Part shown: piece by piece, positions 1 to 11,457 of the stretch
Layout of the letters: each line of letters begins with the position of its first letter
Position numbering within the stretch: the first letter of the stretch is position 1
Source of the DNA: Eledone cirrhosa
Taxonomy: Eukaryota
Assembly (NCBI GenBank): GCA_964016885.1
Contig: OZ024743.1
Span: forward strand, 338,024,001-338,088,000
Length of the DNA: 64,000 nt
Reading direction: 5' to 3'
Translations under genes and position numbers: made by a program
Notes under the pieces: generated by a model
The model's database searches: none
The model's input: the letters and a program-made list of their open reading frames with translations, nothing else
What the model was told of the DNA's origin: nothing

Positions 1-3000
1 GGTCATTTACACTTTGGCTTGCAGTCTATCTACCTGCTCTCTTACACTGCGGCATGTGGTCTATCTACCTGGTCTTTTACACTGCAGCATGTGGTTTATC
101 TACCTGGTCTATTACACTTTAGCATGCAATCTATCTACCTGGTCTTTTACACTTTAGCATGCGGTGTATCCCGCTGGTCTTTTACACTTTAGCATGCGGT
201 CTATCTACCTGGTCTTTTACACTTTAGCATGCACACTATCTACCTGTTCTTTTTACTCTTTAGCATGCAGTCGATCTACCTGGTCTTTTACACTTTAGCA
301 TGCAGTCTATCTACTCTGTCTTTTTACACTTTAGCATGCAGTCTATCTACCTGGTCTTTTTAAACTTTAGCATGCGGTCCATGTATCTGGTCTTTTCCAC
401 TTTAGCAGGCGTTCTATCTACCTTGTCTTGTACCCTTTAACATGCAGTCTCTCTAGCTGGTCTTTTACACTTCAGCATGCAGTCTATCTACCTGGTCTTT
501 TACAGTTTAGCATGCGGTCTATCTACCTGGTCTTTTACACTGCAGCCTGTGGTTTATCTACCTGGTCTATTACACTTCAGCATGCGGTCTATCTACCTGG
601 TCTTTTACACTTTAGCATGCCTTCTATCTAGCTGGTCTTCTACACTTTAGCAGGCGGTCTATCTACCTTGTCTTTTACCCTTTAGCATGCAGTCTATCTA
701 GCTGGTCTTTTTACACTTTAGCATGCGGTCTATCTACCTGGTCTTTTTACACTTTAGCATGCAGTCTATCTACCTGGTCTTTTACACTTCAGCATGCGGT
801 CTATCTACCTGGTCTTTTACACTTTAGCATGCCTTCTATCTAGCTGGTCTTCTACACTTTAGCAGGCGGTCTATCTACCTTGTCTTTTACCCTTTAACAT
901 GCAGTCTATCTACCTTGTCTATTACACTTTAGCATGCAGTCTAACTACCTGGTCTTTTACACTTTAGCATGCGGTCTATCCCGCTGGTCTTTTACACTTT
1001 AGCATGCGGTCTATCTACCTGGTCTTTGTCACTTTAACATGCTGTCTATCTACCTGGTCTTTTACACTTTAGCATGCGGTCTATCTACCTGGTCTTTTAC
1101 ACTTTAGCATGCGGTCTATCTACCTGTCTTTTACACTTTAGCATGCAGTCTCTCTACCTGGTCTTTTACACTTTAGCATGCGGTCTATCTACCTGGTCTT
1201 TTACACTGAGGCATGCGGTCTATCTACCTGGTCTTTTACACTTTAACATGTGGTCTATCAACCTGGTCTTTTACACTTTAGCATGCTGTCTATCTACCTT
1301 TTCTTTTACACTTTAGCATGCGGTCTATCTTCCTGGTCTTCTACACTTTAGCATGCAGTCTATCTACCTGGTCTTTTACACTTTAGCAGGCGGTCTATCT
1401 ACCTGGTCCTTTACACTTTAGCATGCTTTCTATCTACCTGGTCATTTACACTTTAGCATGCTTTCTATCTACCTGTTCTTTTACACTTTAGCATGCAATC
1501 TATCTACCTGGTCTTTTACACTTTAGCATGCTTTCTATCTACCTGGTCTTTTACACTTTAGCATGCTGTCTATCTACCTTTTCTTTTACACTTTAGCATG
1601 CGGTCTATCTTCCTGGTCTTCTACACTTTAGCATGCAGTCTATCTACCTGGTCTTTTACACTTTAGCAGGCGGTCTATCTACCTGGTCCTTTACACTTTA
1701 GCATGCTTTCTATCTACCTGGTCATTTACACTTTAGCATGCTTTCTATCTACCTGGTCTTTTACAATTTAGCATGCTTTCTATCTAGCTGGTCTTTTACA
1801 CTTTAGCATGCAGTGTATCTACCTGGTCTTTTACACTTTAGCATGCGGTCTATCTACCTGGTCTTTTACACTTTAGCATGCTTTCTATCTACCTTGTCTT
1901 TCACACTTTAGCATGCGGTCAATCTCCCTTTTCTTTTACACTTTAGCATGCGGTCTATCTACCTGGTCTTTTACACTTTAGCATTCAGTCTATCTACCTG
2001 GTCTTTTACACTTTAGCATGCGGTCTATCTACGTGGTCTTTTACACTTTAGCATGCTTTCTATCTACCTGGTCTTTTACAGTTTAGCATGCAGTCTATCT
2101 CCCTGATCATTTACACTTTAGCATGCGTCTATCTTCCTGGTCTTTTACAATTTAGCATACTTTCTATCTACCTGGTCTTTTCCACTTTAGCATGCAGTCT
2201 ATCTACCTGGTCTTTTACACTTTAGCATGCGGTCTATCTACCTGGTCTTTTACACTTTAGCATGCTGTCTATTTACCTGGTCTTTTACACTTTAGCATGC
2301 TTTCTATCTACCTTGTCTTTTACACTTTAACATGCATTCTATCTACCTCGTCTTTTACACTTTAGCATGCGGTCTATCTACATGGTCTTTTCCATTTTAG
2401 CATGCGGTCTATCTACCTGGTCTTTTACACTTTAGCATGCGGTCTATCTACCTTTTCTTTTACACTTTAGCATGCGGTCTATCTACCTGGTCTTCTACAC
2501 GTTAGCATGCAGTCTATCTACCTGGTCTTTTACACTTTAGCATGCGGTCTATCTACCTGGTCCTTTACACTTTAGCATGCTTTCTATCTACCTGGTCATT
2601 TACACTTTAGCATGCCTTCTATCTACCTGGTCTTTTACAATTTAGCATGCTTTCTATCTACCTGGTCTTTTACACTTTAGCATGCAGTCTATCTACCTGG
2701 TCTTTTACACTTTAGCATGCGGTCTATCTCCCTGGTCTTTTACACTTTAGCATGCTTTCTATCTACCTGGTCTTTCACACTTTAATATGCGGTCTATCTA
2801 CCTTTTCTTTTACACTTTAGCATGCGGTCTATCTACCTTTTCTTTTACACTTCAGCATGCAGTCTATCTACCTGGTCTTTTACACTTTAGCATGCGGTCT
2901 ATCTACCTGGTCTTTTACACTTTAGCATGCGGTATATCTACCTGGTCTTTTTACAATGTAGCATGCGGTCTATCTACCTGATCTTTTACACTTTAGCATG

Positions 3001-6000
3001 CGTTCTATCTCGCTGGTCTTTTACACTTTAGCATGCAGTCTATCTACTTGGTCTTTTACACTTTAGCATGCGTTCTATCTACCTGGTCTTTTACACTTTA
3101 GCATGCGGTCTATCTACCTGGTCTTTTACACTTTAGCATGCGGTCTATTTACCTGGTCTTTTACACTTTAGCATGCGGTCTATCTACCTGGTCTTTTACA
3201 CTTTAGAATGCGGTCCATCTACCTGGTCTTTTACACTTTAGCATGCGTTCTATCTACCTGGTCTTTTACACTTTAGCATGCGGTGTATCTACCTGGTCTT
3301 TTACACTTTAACATGCGGTGTATCTACCTGGTCTTTTACACCGTAGCATGCTTTCTATCTACCTGGTCTTTTACACTTTAGCATGGGTCTATCTACCTGG
3401 TCTTTTACACTGAGGCATGCGGTCTATCTACCTGGTCTTTTACACTTTAACTTGTGGGCTATCAACCTGGTCTTTTACACTTTAGCATGGGTCTCTCTAC
3501 CTGGTCTTTCACACTTTAGCATGCGGTCTATCTACCTGGTCTTTTACACTTTAGCATGCGGTCTATCTACCTGGTCTTTTACACTTTAGCATGCGGTCTA
3601 TTTACCTGGTCTTTTACACTTTAGCATGCGGTCTATCTACCTGGTCTTTTACACTTTAGAATGCGGTCCATCTACCTGGTCTTTTACACTTTAGCATGCG
3701 TTCTATCTACCTGGTCTTTTACACTTTAGCATGCGGTGTATCTACCTGGTCTTTTACACTTTAACATGCGGTGTATCTACCTGGTCTTTTACACCGTAGC
3801 ATGCTTTCTATCTACCTGGTCTTTTACACTTTAGCATGGGTCTATCTACCTGGTCTTTTACACTGAGGCATGCGGTCTATCTACCTGGTCTTTTACACTT
3901 TAACTTGTGGGCTATCAACCTGGTCTTTTACACTTTAGCATGGGTCTCTCTACCTGGTCTTTCACACTTTAGCATGCGGTCTATCTACCTGGTCTTTTAC
4001 ACTTTAGCATGCGGTCTATCTACCTGGTCTTTTACACTTTAGCATGCGGTCTATTTACCTGGTCTTTTACACTTTAGCATGCGGTCTATCTACCTGGTCT
4101 TTTACACTTTAGAATGCGGTCCATCTACCTGGTCTTTTACACTTTAGCATGCGTTCTATCTACCTGGTCTTTTACACTTTAGCATGCGGTGTATCTACCT
4201 GGTCTTTTACACTTTAACATGCGGTGTATCTACCTGGTCTTTTACACCGTAGCATGCTTTCTATCTACCTGGTCTTTTACACTTTAGCATGGGTCTATCT
4301 ACCTGGTCTTTTACACTGAGGCATGCGGTCTATCTACCTGGTCTTTTACACTTTAACTTGTGGGCTATCAACCTGGTCTTTTACACTTTAGCATGGGTCT
4401 CTCTACCTGGTCTTTCACACTTTAGCATGCGGTCTATCTACCTGGTCTTTTACACTTTAGCATGCGGTCTATCTACCTGGTCCTTTTACACTTTAGCATG
4501 CTTTCTATCTTCCTGGTCTTTTACACTTTAGCATGCAATCTATCTACCTGTTCTTTTACACTTTAGCATGCTTTCTATCTACCTGGTCTTTTACACTTTA
4601 GCATGCTGTCTATCTACCTATTCTTTTACACTTTAGCATGCGGTCTATCTACCTGGTCTTTTACACTTTAGCATGCAGTCTATCTACCTGGTCTTTTACA
4701 CTTTAGCATGCGGTCTATCTACCTGGTCATTTACACTTTAGCATGCTTTCTATCTACCTCGTCATTTACAGTTTAGCATGCTTTCTATCCACCTGGTCTT
4801 TTACACTTTAGCATGCGGTCTATCTACCTGGTCTTTTACACTTTAGCATGCTTTCTATCTACCTGGTCTTTTACACATCAGCATGCTGTCTATCTACCTT
4901 TTCTTCTACTCTTTAGCATACGGTCTATCTACCTGGTCTTTTACACTGAGGCATGCGTTCTATCTACCTGGTCTTTTACACTTTAGCATGCCGTCTATCT
5001 ACCTGGTCTTTTACACTGTAGCATGCTTTCTCTCGACCTGGTCTTTTACACTTTATCATGCGGTCTATCTACCTGGTCTTTTACATTTTAGCATGCGGTC
5101 TATCTACCTGGGCTTTTACACTTTTGCATGCGGTGTATCTACCTGGTCTTTTACACTTTAGCATGCAGTCTATCTACGTGATCTTTTACATTTCAGCATG
5201 CAGTCTATCTACCTGGTCTTTTACACTTTAGCATCCGGTCTATCTACCTTTTCTTTTACACTTTAGCATGCTTTCTATCTACCTGGTCATTTACAGTTTA
5301 GCATGCTTTCTATCCACCTGGTCTTTTACACTTTAGCATGCTGTCTATCTACCTGGTCTTTTACACTTTAGCATGCTTTCTATCTACCTGGTCTTTTACA
5401 CATCAGCATGCTGTCTATCTACCTTTTCTTCTACTCTTTAGCATACGGTCTATCCACCTGGTCTTTTACACTGAGGCATGCGTTCTATCTACCTGGTCTT
5501 TTACACTTTATCATGCGGTCTATCTACCTGGTCTTTTACATTTTAGCACGCAGTCTATCTATCTGGTCTTTTACACTTTAGCATGCGGTCTATCTACCTG
5601 GTCTTTTACACTTTTGCATGCGGTGTATCTACCTGGTCTTTTACTGTTTAGCATGCGGTCTATCTACGTGGTCTTTTACATTTTAGCATGCGGTCTATCT
5701 ACTTGGTCTTTTACACTTTAGCATGCTTTCTATCTACCTGGTCTTTTACACTTTAGCATGTAGTCTATCTACCTAGTCTTTTACACTTTAGTATGCGGTC
5801 TATCTACCTGGTCAATTACACCTTAGCATGCTGTCTATCTACCTGGTCTTTTACACTGTAGCATGATTTCTATCTACCTGGTCTTTTACACTTTAGCATG
5901 CGGTCTATCTACCTGGTCTTTTACACTTTAGCATGCTTTCTATCTACCTGATCTTTTACACTTTAGCATGCATTCTATCTACCTGGTCTTTTACACTTTA

Positions 6001-6070
6001 GCATGCGGTCTATCTACCTCGTCTTTTACACTTTAGCTTGCGTTCAATCTACCTGGTCTTTTACACTGCG
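1..6070. repeat. 35-bp tandem satellite, ~173 copies, continues past the window start
   Basis: Unit GGTCTTTTACACTTTAGCATGCGGTCTATCTACCT is repeated head to tail with point variants. Exact 453-bp higher-order copies start near 3383, 3836 and 4289. Confidence 0.97.
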
Positions 6071-6500
6071 CCATGTGGTCTACCTGGTCATCTACAGTTC
6101 ACCATGTGGTCTACCTGGTCATCTACAGTTCACCATGTGGTCTACCTGGTCAACTACAGTTCACCATGTGGTCTACCTGGTCATCTACAGTTTAACATGT
6201 GGTCTACCTGGTCATCTACAGTTCACCATGTGGTCTACCTGTTCATTTACAGTTCACTATATGGTCTACGTATTTAAATACAGTTCACCATGTGGTCTAC
6301 CTGATCATCTACAGTTCACCATGTGGTCTACCTGGTCATCTACAGTTCAACATGTGGTCTACCTGGTCATCTACAGTTTACCATGTGGACTACCTGATCA
6401 TCTACAGTTCACCAAGTGGTCTACTTCATTGAATACAGTTCACCACGATGTCTACTTCGTCATTTACAGTTCAGCACATTATTTACCTGGTCATCTACAG
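6071..6500. repeat. 31-bp tandem repeat related to the 35-bp satellite, ~14 copies
   Basis: Unit CCATGTGGTCTACCTGGTCATCTACAGTTCA aligns to the 35-mer with TATC missing, and decays toward 6500. Confidence 0.92.
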
Positions 6501-6689
6501 ATCAACGTGCCGGCATTTTCAGCTACAAAAATTAATCTTAACCCGTTAAACAAATGAGGTTATTATTCAGCGAAAATTACAGATACTGCAATAAACCTCA
6601 CACCAACCAAGCGATCTACCACGTATGGTAAAAGATTTGGAGATTTATAGATGTAGGTCATAATCGATAATGAGAATCAATCAGTAAAT

Positions 6690-6812
6690 AGTGATGAATT
6701 GGCAGAATCGTTAGAACGTCTGTATTTATTCCGGCTCTATGTGCTCCGAGTTCAAATTCCCCTGACATCAACTTTGTCTTTCATGCATTCGGGGTCGACA
6801 AATAAAGTTCTT
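6690..6812 (+). mobile_element. Degenerate tRNA-derived SINE copy
   Basis: A-box-like TGGCAGAATCG, B-box GAGTTCAAATTCC, and the family core AACTTTG..TTTCAT..TTCGGGGTCGA. Confidence 0.7.
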
Positions 6813-7189
6813 GCCCAAGGGCGGAGGATTGGAGTACTTTTTAAAGAGTTAGACAGGCTGATTTTCAGTATCTGACACGGCACTGTATTTCCTGAGTTCA
6901 AATCTCGCTTCCTTCTACACAGAATTGCAGCCGGCAGATATTATCAGCAATGGAAAGATCAATGGAAGCACAGTTTTCTTGGTTTGATTTGACATTCTAT
7001 TCCTTTCCCTTTTTACACAGCCCATTTCTACTTTAATTTAACCAAATCGAAACAACGAAACCCGTGGTAAACTCAAACCCGTTGTTGAACTCAAAACATA
7101 GAGGGATGTAACTAAATACCGTAAATGATTCAGTATGATATTCCACAGAACTGTATTATGTATCATTCCACTTTATCTCTATATAATAT

Positions 7190-7396
7190 TTTCTGTTTTA
7201 AGCACAAGGCCAACAATTTTGGAGGGTGGGGAATATCTATTAAATTGACCCCAGTGCGTGAATGATACGTTATTTTATCGACTCCGACGTTATTTTATCG
7301 AATCTGGCGGGATTTGAACTCAGAACATAAAGAGACGTAACTATGTGGCGCAAAGCATGTTGTCGAACACTATATCGATACTGCCATTCACCGCTC
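7190..7396 (-). mobile_element. tRNA-derived SINE copy
   Basis: Reverse complement of the same family (GGATTTGAACTCAGAAC, TTATTTTATCGA, ACTGCCA), with a small internal duplication of CGTTATTTTATCGA. Confidence 0.8.
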
Positions 7397-7403
7397 TATA
7401 ATG

Positions 7404-7622
7404 TTTTCTGTTTTAGGCATAAGTCCAGCAATTTTGGGGGAGGGGAAAGTCGATTAGATTGACCCCAATGCGTGACTGGTACTTTATTTTATCGACCCCC
7501 GTAAGGATTGAAAGACAAAGCTTAACCTCGGCGGGATTAGAACTCAGAACGTAAAGGGATGTAACTATATACTGCAAAGCATCTTGTCCGACACTCTACT
7601 GATACTCTCAATACACTGCCCT
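7404..7622 (-). mobile_element. tRNA-derived SINE copy, tandem with the previous copy
   Basis: ACTGGTACTTTATTTTATCGACCCCCGTAAGGATTGAAAGACAAAGCTTAACCTCGGCGGGATTAGAACTCAGAAC is the reverse complement of the family core. Confidence 0.85.
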
Positions 7623-8058
7623 ACGTTATCTCTACATAATAATTACTGATGTGTATTTATTTATTTTCTGTTACGCTTCAAGAAATAACACACGGTAGAG
7701 AGATACTTGAATATAATTACAAAGTTATTTATTTACAATGGTTCGACACATCGTTTTAATTTTTTAAATTTGCTAAACTGCCTGAAGCATCCCCTGCTTC
7801 TACGATATAAACCTGTTTATTTTAAAGTGTTTATATTTACCTAAAAACATCCCTCCTATCATAATTTTATGTTAGAACCTTTGTTAAGTTATGTTCCAAA
7901 TACCAACTTAATACTGAACAAATTATGTATATCAAATCACTGTAAATTGTTGATTATTTTCAAAATGATTATAAAATAATAGGCAATATTTTTATTAGAA
8001 ATATTCCAACGAGGTGTGTTATGGGCCTGTCTGTCAAATTGAATTTTATTTGTAATTG

Positions 8059-8274
8059 ATTTCTAATTCAGGTACAAAATCAGCACTTTTGCGGGAAGGG
8101 CAAAGTTGATTAAATCTACGCCAGTACTTGACTGGTACTTTATTTTCACGACCCCGAACGATGAAAGGTAAAGTTAACCTCAACGAGATTTGAACTCAGA
8201 ACGTAAAGCGCCATAACTAGATTCCGCAAAGAGTTGTGTCCGATGCTCTATTGATTCTGCCAATCCGCTGCCCT
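8059..8274 (-). mobile_element. tRNA-derived SINE copy
   Basis: Family core and B box on the minus strand, ending TTCTGCCAATCCGCTGCCCT (A-box region). Confidence 0.85.
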
Positions 8275-8344
8275 AGGGTGCCCAAATAATAATTCGCTCT
8301 AATAGAGGAACAAGGACAGCAGCTTGGTAGAAAGGAATGGTAGA

Positions 8345-8505
8345 ACATATCCACCTCAGTACTTAACTGGTACTTTATTGTATCGACTCCTGAAAGTTGA
8401 AAGACGAAGCTAACCTCGGCGGAATTTAAACTAAGAATGTAAAGGGCCATAACTAAAGGCCACGAATCAATTTGTTTGACGCTCTACTAATTCTGCCATT
8501 CCTTC
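8345..8505 (-). mobile_element. tRNA-derived SINE copy, 3'-truncated
   Basis: ACTGGTACTTTATTGTATCGAC...AACCTCGGCGGAATTTAAACT...TTCTGCCA. Confidence 0.8.
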
Positions 8506-8568
8506 CAGTCCGCACAGTGTTAAAATATCGAAATAGATTTTACACTTTACCGTATTATTATTTGTTTT

Positions 8569-8757
8569 AAGGACGGTGGTTTGGCAGTATCGGTAGAGAG
8601 TCAGACACCATGCTTTGCACCATAGAGTTATGGCCCTTTGTGTTCTGAGTTCAAATTCGCCGAGGTAAACTTTGCCTTTCATCCTTATGGGGTCGATAAA
8701 ATAAAGTACCAGTGATGCACTGGGGTAATCGCTGGCCTTGTTCCAAAAGTAGAAACT
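8569..8757 (+). mobile_element. tRNA-derived SINE copy with Pol III A and B boxes
   Basis: TGGCAGTATCGG (A box), GAGTTCAAATTC (B box), core CTTTGCCTTTCATCCTTATGGGGTCGATAAAATAAAGTACCAGT, and tail GCTGGCCTTG..CCAAAAGTAGAAA. Confidence 0.9.
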
Positions 8758-8761
8758 ATAT

Positions 8762-8958
8762 AAAGCGCGGTGGATAGGCAGTATCGGTAGAGGGTCGGAC
8801 GCCATGCTTTGACGCATAGAGTTACGGCCCTTGCCATTCCGAGTTCAAATCCCGCCGAGGTTAACTTTGCCTTTCATCCTTACGGGGTCGATAAAATAAA
8901 ATACCAGTAATGCACTGGGTAATTGCCGGCCTTGTGCCAAAAAGTAGAAACAATTATT
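8762..8958 (+). mobile_element. tRNA-derived SINE copy, tandem with the previous copy
   Basis: Same organisation, highly similar to the copies at 8569 and 26933. Confidence 0.9.
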
Positions 8959-8976
8959 ATTTGTTTTAAAAGCTGT

Positions 8977-9160
8977 ATTATGTAATATGTCACCCTCGAC
9001 CACATTTTTTTAAAGATGGTAGAGGTAGACTGGCTGCTATTTCTTCATTGCATTATGTGATATGTCACCCTCGACCGCATTTTTTAAAAAATGGGTAGAA
9101 GTAAACTGGCTTCTATTTCTAGCAGGTTGAGTGACTCGATAGGGGTTCCCTCGTTGGCCG
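8977..9160. repeat. ~75-bp tandem duplication within an unclassified repeat fragment
   Basis: ATTATGT.ATATGTCACCCTCGACC.CATTTTTT...GGTAGA.GTA.ACTGGCT.CTATTTCT occurs twice, at ~8978 and ~9052. Confidence 0.7.
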
Positions 9161-9834
9161 GCTTGCTGGCTGGCTGGGTAGTCAGGTGGTGGGAAGGGAG
9201 AAAGATGTGTTGTGTTTTAGTATTGCTACTACTATAAGTCTGTATTTTGTTGTTGTTGTTTGGTTTCGAAGCTGGTAACAGAGACGATGGGGAGGGAAGG
9301 GACTGTATAGATGGCAGTACGTAATGTAGTGGGGGTGGGGGAGAGAAGAAGACATTAAACGAAGTGAACTGAAGGAGCAGAAGGTAATGGAAAATAACAA
9401 TAATAACAATAATAAAAACAACAATAATAATAGTAATAATAGTAATAATAAATAAATTAATTAAAAAATAAATGAAGATAAGAAAGAAACGTTACGGGGA
9501 TCACCAGATGCAGATGTGATTAGAAAGATTGTTGCAAAATGAGAAGAGTAGGCAGCAACGAAGAGTTTTCATGAAGTGAAAACGAAACAAATACACAATA
9601 TAACTAGTAAAGGGGATTTGAGGAAGTATTAATTTATTCTATGAAAGGCACCTAAGGTGATATTGCTACTCAGGAAAGGTAGAATTGCTCATAGAGATGG
9701 AATGTTATTTTGAAACAAAAATAGACAGAGGGGATGAGATTCCGAGACAATATTGTGAGCAAGTTAGTAAGAGTGGTGTATTGTAGAGTTAGTTGTATAG
9801 AATGTAAACTGAACTAAGTTAGATTTTGAAATGC

Positions 9835-9866
<32 letters not shown>

Positions 9867-9997
9867 GTGAGGTTTTTTTTACAAAATGAAAAATAACCGA
9901 GGTGTCCTACACGAGTGGAAGTATAAAGAAAAAGGGATGAAATCAAAAATGCAACTGAAGTCTTATTTTTTAAAAAAATATATATATTTATTTGGTT

Positions 9998-10035
9998 CCT
10001 TTACCGGTTTCGCAGTTCTTCTGCTTTTCAAAAGG
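9998..10035 (-). ncRNA. Minimal type I hammerhead ribozyme motif with U3:A8 core variant
   Basis: Minus strand reads CCTT-TTGAAAA-GCAG aagaa CTGC-GAAA-CCGG-TA-AAGG. Stem I is CCTT/AAGG, stem II is GCAG/CTGC, and stem III is the palindrome ACCGGT. Confidence 0.7.
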
Positions 10036-10055
10036 TGAGTTGAGATGGAGGGTCT

Positions 10056-10511
10056 GTGGTCTTTCTCACACCTGGTACCTCCGTAAAAACACTTATTAGC
10101 AAGACATACCCGTTCCAAAGACCCTCATGTATAGATAAGAAATGTATAACCTGTAAAATAAGCCCCCATATTAACTGTAAAACTAGAAATGTAGTGTATA
10201 GCATAAGATGTACTGAAGGACAATGTAGAAACAAAAATATAGTGTACATAGGTGAGACAGCTCGTAGTATAGGGGAACGAATAAATGAACACTGGCGAGA
10301 CCTCCAAGATAATAAAGAATCATCTGTGCTCTACCAACATGCTAAGATAGAACACAGGGGTAGATTAGAGAGCATAGAAATAAAAATAGAATCCACGCAC
10401 AGAAAAGACGCAATGTTTAGGCAAATTACAGAGGCAGTAAGCATAAAAGAATTAAAACCAAAATTAAATAGAAAATATGAGTGGAACAGCAACATCACAA
10501 CTTACAATTAA
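10056..10511 (+). pseudogene. GIY-YIG endonuclease domain of a 5'-truncated Penelope-like retroelement
   Basis: CxxC linker, then NVVYSIRC...YIGETARSIGERINEH...LYQHAKIEH...RQITEAVSIKELKPKLN, the PLE CCHH-type GIY-YIG signature. No RT is present upstream. Confidence 0.88.
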
Positions 10512-10801
10512 GGACAAAATGAAAACACACACACACATAGAACAAACAACTTACAATTGAAAACACACACAAAATGAAAACACACACAGGACAAAATGAA
10601 AACACACACACACATAGAACAAACAACCAACCAACAATAAATAAATAAATAAATAAACAAATAGAAAAATGAACACAAACACACACAGACACCCGGATGT
10701 GGCACATGCGCAAACTGAGCACACAACACACACACAGAAACAAAATGGCGTAGGATACAAGAAAGAAAAGGCACAGAAACGAAGAGAAGAAAGGAATCCC
10801 C

Positions 10802-10846
10802 AGTCACTGAAGAGGTCACAGAGTGTGTGACGAAAGGACTATGACT
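10802..10846 (+). ncRNA. Minimal type I hammerhead motif in the 3' pseudo-LTR of the PLE remnant
   Basis: AGTCA-CTGAAGA-G-GTCAC agagtgt GTGAC-GAAA-GGAC-TA-TGACT. Stems I and II pair perfectly, there is one extra nucleotide after A9, and stem III is not palindromic. Confidence 0.7.
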
Positions 10847-11006
10847 ATATATATAAACAACTATCTGGTTGTGGAACCAACCAACCAACCAGAAATTTAT
10901 AAGTTTGTAGATTTGTAAATTTATAAATTTATAAATATATAATAAATTGAAGTGAAAGCAACTGGTGCGTGTGTTTCTTATTGGCAACATGACCCTCCCA
11001 AAGTAT

Positions 11007-11048
<42 letters not shown>

Positions 11049-11083
11049 ATATATATATATTTATATGCATATATATGTGTGTT

Positions 11084-11114
<31 letters not shown>

Positions 11115-11255
11115 AAACAAATGTCTCGAGTTGAAGAGAGACCCTTCATTCACAAATATACAGGTAAACAATTAGTTTGATTTTGAAAGTATTAGTAAAT
11201 AAAAGAATAGATATAAGTTTCCGATTTGAACTGAAAACCTTCATTCCTATAGAAA

Positions 11256-11324
11256 TACATGCATACATACATACATACATACATACATACATACATACAT
11301 ACATACATACATACATACATACAT
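11256..11324. repeat. (CATA)n microsatellite, tail of the mini-RTE
   Basis: Nearly perfect tetranucleotide run. Confidence 0.95.
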
Positions 11325-11435
11325 GATGGGTGTCCCCTCGTTATCGAGTATGGCCATTGAACGATATACCATTATTAATAATTATTAAGGCTAGGGGTCC
11401 TTCACTCCCAGTGGTTTAACCGCGCGATCGGGTAT
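11324..11435 (-). mobile_element. ~110-bp non-autonomous derivative of the neighbouring RTE LINE (5' and 3' ends fused)
   Basis: 11324-11359 matches the RTE 3' end at 12078-12113. 11389-11432 matches the RTE 5'UTR at 16198-16241. (CATA)n lies on both sides. Confidence 0.8.
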
Positions 11436-11457
11436 ACATACATACATACATACATAC

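Noticed and set aside
1-6557. CRISPR-like periodicity and short repeated ORFs in the 35/31-bp arrays
   Set aside because: The monomers are contiguous with no unique spacers, no cas genes are present and the context is eukaryotic. The ORFs are repeat translations.
8569-8958. tRNA genes suggested by A and B boxes
   Set aside because: No cloverleaf can be folded, and the boxes lead into a conserved SINE body and tail found in many dispersed copies.
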